Shown here one piece after another: positions 34,730-44,762 of a DNA stretch of 64,000 bases (the first letter of the stretch is position 1; each line of letters begins with the position of its first letter). The stretch comes from Leptolyngbyaceae cyanobacterium bins.349 (GTDB lineage Bacteria > Cyanobacteriota > Cyanobacteriia > Leptolyngbyales > Leptolyngbyaceae): contig JANRIS010000050.1 in NCBI GenBank assembly GCA_033764685.1, positions 98,034 through 162,033 on the forward strand, written 5' to 3'. The position numbers were made by a program, and so were the translations under genes. The notes under the pieces are model-generated. The model was not told the origin of the DNA, searched no databases, and saw nothing but the letters and a program-made list of their open reading frames with translations.

Positions 34730-36451
34730 GTGCCGAAGTGGCTGTTGCCAACATTAAGTGAAGTGGTAGCGTTAAGCGACCCGACCTGGGTGGTTGGCGA
34801 TGTTTCGCAAACTATCCATTTCCATGCTCCACTCGCCAATGCTTCACTCCCGAATGGGCACTCCCAAACGCGGCGGAGCCTGTCCCAACATTTAACAAAA
34901 CAATTGCGGGCAGAGCGTGAATGGACGGGAGCGATCGCCGCGCTGGACGAATTGTTGCATCAATGCCTGAATCAGGCAATTTCTGCCCACACAATTAGCC
35001 TGAGTAGCACCATTGACCATTACGGATTTGTGCTGTCGGGGCCATCTCCCGTTCTCAGTCACGGCAATGTGGTGAAGCATCTTTCGAGTTGGACGCTGGC
35101 CTCGCCCTCGGTTCATGCCCCCCATTGGATTGGGTTCCAACTGCTACCTGCCGACGAATCCCGGCCTGCTGAGCATCGGACTAATCCAGTGTTGCCTCTT
35201 CTACCGGGTGATCCCCTCGCCGCCGAGCAGTTTTGCTTAGTGCTAACTCCCTGGTTCAGTTTGGTCATGGTGCGGGGTGAAACACTCACCGGGGAACCAG
35301 CTTTCATGTTTTCCTTTGAGCCAGACGTAGTCCAGCGCAGTTGGGAAGCGGTGCGTCCTCGTATTTTACTCATGAGTTCTCATCAGGTTGATTTTTTGGA
35401 TGAGTTGACGCTGCAATTTCCACCCGTCACCCCCGACTACAAAACGGTGATGAAATTTAGCCGCTTGATGTTAGAGCGGTTGCCCGATCCGGTGGAAGAA
35501 GGGCAGTGGAATTGTACTGGAGACTCTGGCCGTCCCGTTGCTGAGGCTGAAGCCTCCAATGTTGGGATGCCTGATGCGATCGGGGATCAAGCCCCAATGG
35601 GGCAACCCTCCCCCGTTCATGCCCACCGAGACGTTTCCCTGAAGGATTGGCAAGACAGCCCAAACGGACATGGGGTTGACTCGGCTGGGCCAGAAACCAG
35701 CAGTTTTGATGTGGAGTTGGTGAAGGCGATCGCTCATGAAGTTCGCACGCCCCTCACCACCATTCGCACCCTGACGCGATCGTTGCTCAAACGGACGGAT
35801 CTTGCTGCCGATGTGCTGCGTCGTCTGGGCATTATCGACCGGGAATGCAGTGAGCAAATTGATCGGTTTGGCCTCATCTTTAAAGCCGTGGAACTGGAGT
35901 CTACTTCTACCCATGCGGCTTCCATGTCGCTGATTCGCACCTGCTTGAGTGATGTATTCCAGCAGAGTATTCCTCGCTGGCAACAGCAGGCCAGCCAACG
36001 CCAAATGACCTTAACCGTGGAACTGCCGGAAGCGATGCCCGCTGTTGTGAGTGATCCCACTGTGCTGGATCAGGCATTAACCAGTTTAATTGAGCGATTT
36101 ACCCGCAATTTGCCAGCCGGCAGTCACATTCAAGTGGAGGTCACTCCGGCGGGTAGTCAGTTGAAGGTGCAGTTGCAGTCTCAACCCGATGCTACGAACG
36201 ATAGCAGTCAGGAGCATCCGTTTAGTTCCTGGAAAAGCTCGGCCAAGTCGATTGGGCAAATGCTAATGTTTCAACCGGAAACGGGTAGCCTGAGCCTGAA
36301 CCTGGCCGTAACGAAAAATCTATTTCAGGCGATCGGGGGCAAGCTGATTGTGAAACATCGGCCCCAGCAGGGTGAAGTGATGACGGTCTATTTGCCGCTG
36401 GAAGTGGGTAGCATCAGCCCTCTGGATGGCAACAAGATCATTACGGTGTGA
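34730..36451 (+). CDS. Histidine-kinase-like sensor with an intact H-box but a degenerate ATP-binding domain
   Basis: The HisKA motif is AIAHEVRTPLTTIRTL. The C-terminal region lacks recognisable N-box, D.G.G and G.G.G motifs. The start is GTG and uncertain. Confidence 0.65.
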   Translation: MPKWLLPTLSEVVALSDPTWVVGDVSQTIHFHAPLANASLPNGHSQTRRSLSQHLTKQLRAEREWTGAIAALDELLHQCLNQAISAHTISLSSTIDHYGFVLSGPSPVLSHGNVVKHLSSWTLASPSVHAPHWIGFQLLPADESRPAEHRTNPVLPLLPGDPLAAEQFCLVLTPWFSLVMVRGETLTGEPAFMFSFEPDVVQRSWEAVRPRILLMSSHQVDFLDELTLQFPPVTPDYKTVMKFSRLMLERLPDPVEEGQWNCTGDSGRPVAEAEASNVGMPDAIGDQAPMGQPSPVHAHRDVSLKDWQDSPNGHGVDSAGPETSSFDVELVKAIAHEVRTPLTTIRTLTRSLLKRTDLAADVLRRLGIIDRECSEQIDRFGLIFKAVELESTSTHAASMSLIRTCLSDVFQQSIPRWQQQASQRQMTLTVELPEAMPAVVSDPTVLDQALTSLIERFTRNLPAGSHIQVEVTPAGSQLKVQLQSQPDATNDSSQEHPFSSWKSSAKSIGQMLMFQPETGSLSLNLAVTKNLFQAIGGKLIVKHRPQQGEVMTVYLPLEVGSISPLDGNKIITV

Positions 36452-36557
36452 TGGGGGGTGGGCGGGGATAGCACCAGACCTGTGAATACTGCTTATCAGT
36501 AGTGTCTACTATCTGACGCTTATCTTACGCTGCAACCTCCAGGCACGATCGCGGACT

Positions 36558-38195
36558 CTAGTTTTTGATCCGTTCTAAATGTCGATAGAGCCGAGCGATC
36601 GTCACGCCTAAGGTTTTATAGCCCACTTTCTCAAATAACACGACGACCTTATCGCCTTCGTGCCGCATCACGGTGCCTTCCCCCCAGGTTTTGTGCATCA
36701 CGCGGGCATTGAGCGGGAACGGATGATTGTCGCCGTGTTCATTGTCTACGCTGACTCCTGCTTTGCAATTGTCGCAACCGTCACAGGGGGCATCGTAGGC
36801 TTCCCCAAAGTAGTTGAGCAGATATTTGCGGCGACAGTCTTTGACTTCGGCATAGCCCCGCATCATTTCTAGGCGCGACTTTTCCCACTGGCGGCGTTGT
36901 TGTTGAATTTCCACGACCGCAGCCGTTGCTTCATCGGGGTCAATATCCGGTTCAGCGATCGCCACTTCTCCGGTGGGCAAGGTTTCCACTACCCCTACTT
37001 CTTGCAGCCGATTCAGCGCTACTTTCAATTTAGACTGGGGCACATCCACCTGTTCCAGTAGTTCCTCCAAAGCGATCGCTTCATCCTGTTGTTGCAAAAC
37101 TTCGGCAATTTGTTCTACCTGGGCCGCATCTACTTTGCTACCACTGGCAAAGAACCGTTTCAAATTGAGATCTGCCGGATTGTAGAACAGTAACGCTCTG
37201 GCCGGTTCGCCATCCCGTCCGGCGCGGCCAATTTCTTGATAGTAGGAATCAACGGAATTACTAATGTCGGCATGATAGACAAAGCGCACATTCGGTTTAT
37301 CAATGCCCATGCCAAACGCGGTTGTCGCTACCAGGACATCAATTTCGTCTTGCATGAAGGCGATTTCTACTTGTTCTCGATCTGCCGCTTTCATGCCGGC
37401 ATGGTAGAAACTGGCACAGATGCCGTAGTCTCCCAATCGTTGGGCAATTTCTTCGGTGCGTTTGCGAGTTGCGGCGTAGATGATACCGGGCTTGTCGGTC
37501 TGGTCTACGCGATCGCACAGGGCATCCAGTTTTTCGGCATCATCGTCATACCGTTCGGCGGCCAGCCAAATGTTAGGGCGATCAAACCCTTCCACAATGA
37601 TGGTGGGGTTTGCCATGCCTAACTGGTTCACAATTTCCTGCTGAATGGGTGGGGCCGCAGTGGCGGTGAGGGCCAGAATGCGAGGATGGCCCAGCGTGGC
37701 AATGGCGATGCCCAGGCGCAAATAATCAGGTCGAAAATCATGCCCCCAGGCGCTAACGCAATGGGCTTCATCGACGACAAAGAGGGATGGTTTCGCCGCC
37801 TGTAATTGTTCCAGCGTTGCTGGATTGCTGAACTGTTCTGGCGCGAGAAACAGAAATTCCAACTCCCCTGCTTGCAAACTCTCGAAGGTGTCCTGGCGAT
37901 CGCCTTCCCGCACAGTGGAATTAATCAGGGCGGCATCGCCCACATCCTGTTGCGCGATCGCCTGCACCTGATCGCGTTGGAGGGCCAGCAGGGGAGACAC
38001 CACCACCGTGACGCCGTCGATCATGGAGGCCGCCAATTGATAAATTGCTGATTTGCCACCTCCCGTGGGCATGACGACCAGGGTATCGTTCCCCTCTAGA
38101 ACAGCCTTAACGGCTCGTTCCTGGCCGGGATGCAAACCGTCATAACCAAAGCGTTCTTGGGCCAGAGTGTGAAGGGAGGGCGATCGTTTGGGCAT
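36558..38195 (-). CDS. recQ: RecQ-family ATP-dependent DNA helicase
   Basis: FGYDGLHPGQERAV, MPTGGGKS and VVDEAHCVSAWGHDFRPDY (DEAH box) are present, with a zinc finger CDGCDNC. I prefer the start at 38195 (MPKRSPS...). The ORF extension to 38276 lies in a C-rich repeat tract. Confidence 0.88.
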   Translation of the reverse strand: MPKRSPSLHTLAQERFGYDGLHPGQERAVKAVLEGNDTLVVMPTGGGKSAIYQLAASMIDGVTVVVSPLLALQRDQVQAIAQQDVGDAALINSTVREGDRQDTFESLQAGELEFLFLAPEQFSNPATLEQLQAAKPSLFVVDEAHCVSAWGHDFRPDYLRLGIAIATLGHPRILALTATAAPPIQQEIVNQLGMANPTIIVEGFDRPNIWLAAERYDDDAEKLDALCDRVDQTDKPGIIYAATRKRTEEIAQRLGDYGICASFYHAGMKAADREQVEIAFMQDEIDVLVATTAFGMGIDKPNVRFVYHADISNSVDSYYQEIGRAGRDGEPARALLFYNPADLNLKRFFASGSKVDAAQVEQIAEVLQQQDEAIALEELLEQVDVPQSKLKVALNRLQEVGVVETLPTGEVAIAEPDIDPDEATAAVVEIQQQRRQWEKSRLEMMRGYAEVKDCRRKYLLNYFGEAYDAPCDGCDNCKAGVSVDNEHGDNHPFPLNARVMHKTWGEGTVMRHEGDKVVVLFEKVGYKTLGVTIARLYRHLERIKN

Positions 38196-38297
38196 GGGGA
38201 AGAGGGGGTGGGAGCGGGGGGAATAGCGTCTAAATGATCCAACGATAGTGAAGGGCGGGGGGGAGGAAATCTTCAAATAGAAGGAGTTTGGCCCGTC

Positions 38298-38831
38298 TCA
38301 GGCGGGGCGATCGCGTTCCAGACACACCCCCTCATGCTGCAAGAGCCAGCGTTTACGCGCCAACCCACCGGAATATCCCGTTAACTGCCGATTACTCCCG
38401 ATGACTCGATGGCAGGGAAGGGCGATCGCGATGGGATTTTGCCCATTTGCCATACCTACGGCCCGATACGCTGTTGGTTTGCCAACTCGTTGTGCCAGGT
38501 CTGCGTAGGTGATGACGGTCCCCACAGGAATCGATCGCAGCGTCAGCCAAACTTGCTGCTGAAACGGCGTGCCCCCCGGATTGACGGGAAGTGTTTGCAA
38601 ATGTGTTAGCTCACCTGCCAGGTAGGCGCGCAAACAGCCGGAGAACCCTTGAGGATCGGCTTGAGAAACCCATTGAACGGCCCCAAAGCGTTTTTCCAGC
38701 CCAGTCATCATGCGGGTTTGTGCCTCGGCAAAGTCCAAGGCACAAAGGGCCACACCATCTGTCACCAGCACGATGCGCCCCAGTTCACTCGCAACGTCGT
38801 CAAGAAATAAAGTTTTCATCCCGATACCCAT
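38298..38831 (-). CDS. ogt: Methylated-DNA-protein-cysteine methyltransferase
   Basis: The active site is IALPCHRVIGSN, within the preceding helix-turn-helix DNA-binding region YADLAQRVGKPTAYRAVG. Confidence 0.88.
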   Translation of the reverse strand: MGIGMKTLFLDDVASELGRIVLVTDGVALCALDFAEAQTRMMTGLEKRFGAVQWVSQADPQGFSGCLRAYLAGELTHLQTLPVNPGGTPFQQQVWLTLRSIPVGTVITYADLAQRVGKPTAYRAVGMANGQNPIAIALPCHRVIGSNRQLTGYSGGLARKRWLLQHEGVCLERDRPA

Positions 38832-38948
38832 AATTGTGGTAGTAAACTAGCCCACACATCGGCAAGCACTTCACTCCTAGCAGAGTCGATGGCGTGCCAC
38901 AACTATCGTTGCTACCGACCCTACAGGTTATTTAGCCATGATCTCTGG

Positions 38949-39662
38949 TTAAGGATTGCTGACGGTAGCTCGAATTTCATCCAACTTTTGCCGCACGGCT
39001 TGAATATCTTGCCACATCAGCCATTTGGGACTGCCGGTTTCACGGGAGGGATTGCGAAGCAGATAAGCCGGGTGGAAGATGGGCATGTACAGGCGATCGC
39101 CCCGTTCCATCCACTGTCCCCGCACCTTAGTAATTCCTTCTTTAATGCCCAACAGGTTACGCAGGGCCGTTTTACCCGTCAGCAGAATAATTTTCGGATT
39201 GATCATCCGAATCTGCTCCATCAAATAACCTTTACAAGCATCGGCTTCTGGCAGGGTCGGTTCCCGGTTTTCCGGTGGGCGGCATTTCACAATATTGCAA
39301 ATAAAGACATCCTGTTCTCGTGTCAGTTTAACGGATGCCAGAATCTTATCCAGCAACTCGCCCGATCGCCCCACAAACGGTCGTCCGGTTTCATCCTCCG
39401 TTTGTCCCGGACCTTCCCCCACGATCATAATATCGGCGTTCAAGTGCCCCTCACCCACCACCGCATTCGTGCGATTATGACCCAGATCGCACCGATAGCA
39501 TTGATTACAATGCACCTTCATCTCAGCCATTGACGTGTAAATGCCTGCGGGAATCGGCACCGTCGCACTAGTTGGAATGAGGGCCGGATCAAAACTTTGC
39601 GGCAGCGCCGGCTCATCGTTGTTGGCAAGATTAAATAAATCAATTTGGCTATCGGCAGACAT
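38949..39662 (-). CDS. Uracil-DNA glycosylase, family 4
   Basis: Fe-S cysteines in CNQCYRC, motif A GEGPGQTEDETGRPFVGRSG, and motif B HPAYLLRNP. Confidence 0.88.
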   Translation of the reverse strand: MSADSQIDLFNLANNDEPALPQSFDPALIPTSATVPIPAGIYTSMAEMKVHCNQCYRCDLGHNRTNAVVGEGHLNADIMIVGEGPGQTEDETGRPFVGRSGELLDKILASVKLTREQDVFICNIVKCRPPENREPTLPEADACKGYLMEQIRMINPKIILLTGKTALRNLLGIKEGITKVRGQWMERGDRLYMPIFHPAYLLRNPSRETGSPKWLMWQDIQAVRQKLDEIRATVSNP

Positions 39663-39795
39663 AGAAGTAGGTAAGACGCAGGTGGGCTACAGAAGCAGAA
39701 TTATTCTGTCTTTGCGTTAGATTAAGCCAGCCGAGCGATTTTTTCCAGTCTGTTCAGGAGGATTCTGGGAATTCTCTGGTCAAGAACTGGTGTAG

Positions 39796-40557
39796 GTGAT
39801 TCAGTCTCCCAAATTTTTCAGGCATCATGGAGGGGAGACCACTGGAAGAAGCGGGGAGGTCACTATGACATCTGGTTCAATTACCCAGCCACCTGACTCA
39901 ACAGTTTGGTTTAGCGATCGCCAGCAGGCCGGCGAACAATTAGCCCAACAAGTCTTGCAAGTTCTGGCTGAATCGCCATCGACGGTGGCTCCACGTCTGG
40001 TTGTGTATGCTTTGCCGCGAGGCGGTTTAGCCGTGGCGGCTCCCATCGCTCAACACCTGCATTGTCCTTTAGATGTCATCATCGCGAAGAAAATTACCCG
40101 CCCCGAAAACCCAGAATTAGCAATTGGAGCGGTCACTTCTGATGGGCATACCCTCTGGCTTCCCCGATCGCGATCGCCGCGCGAATCCACCGAGCCGAAT
40201 GCTATGGCACTTAAACAGGCGCAGGAACGGGCAGTTTTGCAATCTCAACAGTTTGCGGCCAGTCGGCCTCAAGTCGATCCGACACAGGCGATCGCTCTGG
40301 TGGTGGATGATGGGATTGCGACAGGCATGACGATGGCGGTGGCCGTCCAGGCCCTCCGAGCACGAAACCCGGCCCAAATCTGGATTTGTGTGCCTGTTGC
40401 GCCACCGGAGATCGTGCCCCACTTGCAGCATTGGGCAGATCGGGTGGTGCTGCTGGCCACACCCAGTCCATTTCAGAGTGTCAGCCGCTTCTACAAAGAG
40501 TTCAATCAGGTCGCAATCGAGGACGCGATCGCCTGTTTACAAAATGCAAATCCATAG
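39796..40557 (+). CDS. Phosphoribosyltransferase-family protein
   Basis: VVYALPRGGLAVAAP and the PRPP-binding loop LVVDDGIATGMTM. The start may be the internal Met at 39865. Confidence 0.75.
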   Translation: MIQSPKFFRHHGGETTGRSGEVTMTSGSITQPPDSTVWFSDRQQAGEQLAQQVLQVLAESPSTVAPRLVVYALPRGGLAVAAPIAQHLHCPLDVIIAKKITRPENPELAIGAVTSDGHTLWLPRSRSPRESTEPNAMALKQAQERAVLQSQQFAASRPQVDPTQAIALVVDDGIATGMTMAVAVQALRARNPAQIWICVPVAPPEIVPHLQHWADRVVLLATPSPFQSVSRFYKEFNQVAIEDAIACLQNANP

Positions 40558-40565
40558 TCCGGCCA

Positions 40566-41363
40566 TTAAGCCTCTTCAGCAGATTGCAATTCGTCAATTG
40601 CGTAACGAGCGATCGCCAAGCCTAACCGGGCACGCTGCACCTCTGACAGTTGCTCCCATTGGAGTTGGGGCACCTGAGCGATAAAGGCATCTACTGTCGT
40701 CGTGGTGCTGCCATTCCGCATCTGCACCGCCAGGGGCCGCGCCAACACATAAAAATCTTCTTCCGCTAGACCCGGTGCAATTTCACGGACACACTGCACC
40801 AACTGATCTGCCAAATTGGTCGAAGCGGTAGCCACGGCCTGCTGCGTCTCAGCAACCACTTTTTGGGCTTGTTCAGCGATCGCCATCAGCCAGGCTTGGG
40901 GTACACGAGCGGCAAACTGTTCCATCAATGTGGCTTGCAAACTTGCACCAGACCACAATTGGTTGACCTGGTTGAAAAAAGAACGAGAACGACTTGTAAT
41001 TTCCGCATCCTGCCAACCCTCAAAAATAGAGGGCACATCTGAATCGGTAAAAAACGGCTCTGACTCTGGTGCCGCAGGATTCCAGGGATAAGCAATCTGG
41101 GCATTTGGAAGCGCTTCTACGGTAAAAGCAGATTCCATTGGTTCTTCACCCAGTTGCCAGGAACAACGCATTCCTTCGGCCTTTAATAACGCATCCCAAA
41201 AAGCTTGTTCAACGATCCCATTGGGATGGCCCATATCACCAGAACAGAGTTTGTCTTCCATCGTTCGGACTCCTGCATGCACTAAACAAAAATCAATTAC
41301 GCTGTTGAAGGTATCTACAGAATGATGTGGGTCAATTTCGGAATTGGCTCCGATCTCAGCCAA
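40566..41363 (-). CDS. Acidic hypothetical protein (YPWNP motif), downstream partner of the CHAT-FHA gene
   Basis: 265-aa ORF beginning 14 nt after the CHAT-FHA stop. It contains AYPWNPAAPESEPFF, a helical C-terminal half and a TTTT cluster (NGSTTTTVD). The start is uncertain. Confidence 0.5.
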   Translation of the reverse strand: MAEIGANSEIDPHHSVDTFNSVIDFCLVHAGVRTMEDKLCSGDMGHPNGIVEQAFWDALLKAEGMRCSWQLGEEPMESAFTVEALPNAQIAYPWNPAAPESEPFFTDSDVPSIFEGWQDAEITSRSRSFFNQVNQLWSGASLQATLMEQFAARVPQAWLMAIAEQAQKVVAETQQAVATASTNLADQLVQCVREIAPGLAEEDFYVLARPLAVQMRNGSTTTTVDAFIAQVPQLQWEQLSEVQRARLGLAIARYAIDELQSAEEA

Positions 41364-41377
41364 AAGTTGTAGCCAGC

Positions 41378-43030
41378 TTAGCGCGAATTGGGCAATTCAC
41401 CCGGATTAAAAATCACAAATTCCATCGCCTCATTCTGCTGGCTACCAAATTTAATCTGAGTTTTCGGCTTCAATTCCACCTCTTTATGATGGACTTTTTG
41501 CCAACCCACCGAACTTAATACCCAGGTGCCAAAGCGAGAAAAATCTTCTAGAAAATAGCTGGTCTCATCTTCGCTATCCTGTCCGTCTCGGCACAAAATC
41601 ATGGCATGTTCGCGAGAAACGCCGCTTTCGTCTTCCTTCAATACGAGATCATTCTCAGTGCTGCGCCCAATTTTCATCCGACCACCGCGCACCTGCCAGA
41701 CGCGCCCATCGGTGAGCGATCGCAAACAGGCCACATGAGTCAGTGGTTCCGGTGAGCCAAACCCAGTCTCACTACTTTCCAACGGTTTCAACAACTCCCC
41801 ATCAAACTCCGGATGCATATACAACACAGGCAAGGTCCAGGTTTGATGATTGAACTTGTAGAGAGTTAATAGGTTTTGTCGCGCCACTGCCACTGCCTGG
41901 TCAATCGGCATCCGTTGCACCAACGCCTGAGCAAAGACTTGAATAAAGCTAATCGCCTCCGGATCAGAAATGGGGTCTCGCATTCCCAAGACGGCAGGGA
42001 CCCCATGATGCACCAGCACTTCTGCCAAACTACTGCGCGGAATTGGTTTGGATAACTTCACCCCTGGTACGCACTCCAGACCATTTTGATCTTCATAATG
42101 ATCGGGTTGTGCGCCCCAGCAAGCATTAAACACCGCTAACTTGACCTGGCACCGAGTTAATACCTGCGCCAACTCTGTCCCATTCAGGGCCATGTCAGGT
42201 CGGAGAAAAATTAACCCCCCATCCGGACTGGGCATTCCATGACCTGCATAAAACAGGACGTTATATAGCCGCTTTTCCAGAGCTTGAACCAGTTCACTGG
42301 GGGAAGGCTGCACTAACGTATCGACCTGGCAGGCAATTCCTCTAGAAGCCCCAATCCCAGAATGACCCGAAGTCTTAAACACCTGCGCCAGAGTAACCGC
42401 TTCCTGCTCCAGTTTCAGGGTTTGCAAGGTGTCTGTCGCCAAACCCGCACCACTGGCTGGATCCGTGGCCTGCCCAAGCACCAGCAGAATTCGTAACGCA
42501 TAATCTGCCCGCAGATGCGGTAAAGGATTGACATCACTGGTGGTACGGCTAAACAGCAACTGCTGACTTAACGACACCGCTTGCCGACCGGGAGCATCTT
42601 GCATGATCTCCCAGGGCAACGCGATCAGATTGGGATCACGAATTTCCAATCTGAGTCTCAATGGTTTACTTTGACCTGCGGCAATACCCTGACTATGGTT
42701 CAGGCTGGCCATGACCGAGCCTTCAAATAACCACTGCCACAGTTGCACTCCCAGCGTTTGCATCAGGCGACTGGATAGCCCTCCCGGTCCGGCTTCTGCC
42801 ACGATATTGGAAGACACAGGCTCATGGGGGTAAGGCGGCATCCGGCGATGGGAAAACATATCCTGCCAGTCTTGCCAGAGTTGGCTGAGGCTACTCGTCC
42901 AGACACAATCGCGCAGGACTAGCCCCCCTGGGTAAGGTGCCTGGGTGACATGAATCGCAAAATGATCTGTCCCTATCGCTTGTAGCGGGGTAACAGCAAG
43001 ACTCAGAGAGGGAATTCCAGGTGAAGGCAT
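41378..43030 (-). CDS. CHAT (caspase-like) protease domain protein with a C-terminal FHA domain
   Basis: The CHAT dyad context is VLFYAGHGMP (His) and LAVFNACWGA (Cys). The FHA-like C terminus reads GRMKIGRSTENDLVLKEDESGVSREHAMILCR...YFLEDFSRFGTWV. Confidence 0.75.
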   Translation of the reverse strand: MPSPGIPSLSLAVTPLQAIGTDHFAIHVTQAPYPGGLVLRDCVWTSSLSQLWQDWQDMFSHRRMPPYPHEPVSSNIVAEAGPGGLSSRLMQTLGVQLWQWLFEGSVMASLNHSQGIAAGQSKPLRLRLEIRDPNLIALPWEIMQDAPGRQAVSLSQQLLFSRTTSDVNPLPHLRADYALRILLVLGQATDPASGAGLATDTLQTLKLEQEAVTLAQVFKTSGHSGIGASRGIACQVDTLVQPSPSELVQALEKRLYNVLFYAGHGMPSPDGGLIFLRPDMALNGTELAQVLTRCQVKLAVFNACWGAQPDHYEDQNGLECVPGVKLSKPIPRSSLAEVLVHHGVPAVLGMRDPISDPEAISFIQVFAQALVQRMPIDQAVAVARQNLLTLYKFNHQTWTLPVLYMHPEFDGELLKPLESSETGFGSPEPLTHVACLRSLTDGRVWQVRGGRMKIGRSTENDLVLKEDESGVSREHAMILCRDGQDSEDETSYFLEDFSRFGTWVLSSVGWQKVHHKEVELKPKTQIKFGSQQNEAMEFVIFNPGELPNSR

Positions 43031-43273
43031 TCGTAGACAGTGCGGCAGAATCCGAGAAGATCGGGATTGATTCAGGTGTGAAATCGCCAGTTGTTATACC
43101 AGTCTACACTTTGAATAAAATTGCAGTGCCTGGATGGATGAGCGGTTGGCACAAACAAGGGCCAACTTGCGAAGCAGAAGGTTTTGCCCCTTGCACATTA
43201 CTTGCACATTAGTTACATCCTAGAGGCAGGGCCAACAGCAGCACTAAGGGCCAACAGCAACAATAATAGTGTT

Positions 43274-43684
43274 CTATTTTGAGGTCAACGCGGCTTGGGC
43301 GAGGGTCCAGTCCGGACGCAGGTTGCGAGCTTGCCGGAGATAGGGATGATAGATTTCTACGGCTGGATTGGGCGTATTGAAGTGGATCAGGAAGCGGATA
43401 CAACGTTCCAGGCTACCCTCGACATGCATTTGCTGCACATCCAGCAGGGGCACATTGGCCCAATGGGCGCGTTCTCGCGCGATCGCAGCCGGAAAAATTG
43501 CGTCCAGATCCCGCGTCACCGAGAAGGTGATACTGACGATCTCATCCATGTCTAACTGATTGTGAAGCTCCAGCTCATCTAACAATTCATGCACGGCTTC
43601 CCGAATTGCAGCGACAGAATTTTCTGAAACGGTTGTTGCACCACGAATTGCTCGAACTCGCCACCCCACGCTGTTGTCCTCCAC
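43274..43684 (-). CDS. aroH: Chorismate mutase, AroH class
   Basis: VRAIRGATTVSENS...IVSITFSVTRDLDAIFPA is the AroH-type signature. Confidence 0.88.
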   Translation of the reverse strand: MEDNSVGWRVRAIRGATTVSENSVAAIREAVHELLDELELHNQLDMDEIVSITFSVTRDLDAIFPAAIARERAHWANVPLLDVQQMHVEGSLERCIRFLIHFNTPNPAVEIYHPYLRQARNLRPDWTLAQAALTSK

Positions 43685-43922
43685 TTGATTGAACCACCTG
43701 ATACTATTCTACCGAGAAGTAAATTCTGGAAACGACATTAGTTTCCTTCCACCCTGATCATGGCGGATAACCTCTAAAACGTCAGCCCACTCACCAAAAG
43801 TGTTACTTAAACTTTAGAGAAGCGCGTAGACCGGAGCAGGAAGGGCAGAAGAGAGAAGAAAGACCCTGAAAGTCAATGCCCTCACTCCATACCTGATGCC
43901 CCACTCCTCCTCATCCCTACTG

Positions 43923-44762
43923 CTACGGACGATACATCCACAAGGGCAACCCATTCGTGGCAAGTTCAAATTCGAGCCAATTGGCGCTGGTGGTTAATCC
44001 AGGGAGAGTCCGAATCTGATTCAGGGTGCTTTGCTCTCGGGAAACGAGACGATTCAGGAAGGGTTTCTTTTCTTCCAGGGTGAAGGTTTGGGCTTTGTCT
44101 GGATCGAGTCCTGCGAGTTCAGCGGCCCAGCGACGGGCATCTTCTTCGGTACCCAGGCGATCGACAATGCCCAGTTCCACAGCCTGTTGCCCGGTAAAAA
44201 TCCGCCCGTCCGCAAAGGTTCTGACGGTATCCACGGCTAGATTGCGAGCTTCGGCAACCGTCTGGACAAACTGCTGGTAGCTGACATCAATCAATTCCTG
44301 CAAAATGTGGCGCTCCTGATCGGTCATTTCGCGATCGAAGGCCAGAATATCTTTGTAGGGGCCGGATTTGATCGTTTTGAAGGACACGCCGACGCGATCG
44401 AGGAGGCGTTCCAGGTTATTTCCGCGTAAAATCACGCCAATGCTGCCGGTGATCGTGCCGGGGTTGGCCATGATGTGCTGGGCACCCATGCCGATATACA
44501 CCCCACCAGAGGCGGAAATGTTGCCAAAGCTGGCCACAATTTTGATCTTCTCCTGAAGTTTCCGCAGGGCATTGTAGATTTCCTGAGAATCTCCTACCGT
44601 TCCACCAGGGCTGTCAATGCGTAGCAGCAAGGCGGGGAACTTGCGTTCTTTGACGGTTTCTAGCGCTTCGAGGACCCGCTTTCGAGTTGCTCCGGCGATC
44701 GCGCCATTGATCTCAATCCGAGCAATTTGTTTCCGAAACCGGGGCTTGATGAACCAAACCAT
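43923..44762 (-). CDS. sppA: Signal peptide peptidase SppA, 36K type
   Basis: LLLRIDSPGGTVGDSQEI...NISASGGVYIGMGA...GSIGV are the SppA serine-protease motifs. Confidence 0.88.
   Translation of the reverse strand: MVWFIKPRFRKQIARIEINGAIAGATRKRVLEALETVKERKFPALLLRIDSPGGTVGDSQEIYNALRKLQEKIKIVASFGNISASGGVYIGMGAQHIMANPGTITGSIGVILRGNNLERLLDRVGVSFKTIKSGPYKDILAFDREMTDQERHILQELIDVSYQQFVQTVAEARNLAVDTVRTFADGRIFTGQQAVELGIVDRLGTEEDARRWAAELAGLDPDKAQTFTLEEKKPFLNRLVSREQSTLNQIRTLPGLTTSANWLEFELATNGLPLWMYRP

Noticed and set aside
35471-36004. 177-aa minus-strand ORF, with neighbours at 35734-36060 and 35113-35373
   Set aside because: These lie antisense to the histidine-kinase-like gene, and their composition is Arg/Gly/Pro-biased.
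38889-39533. 214-aa plus-strand ORF
   Set aside because: It is antisense to the family-4 uracil-DNA glycosylase, which has clear catalytic motifs.
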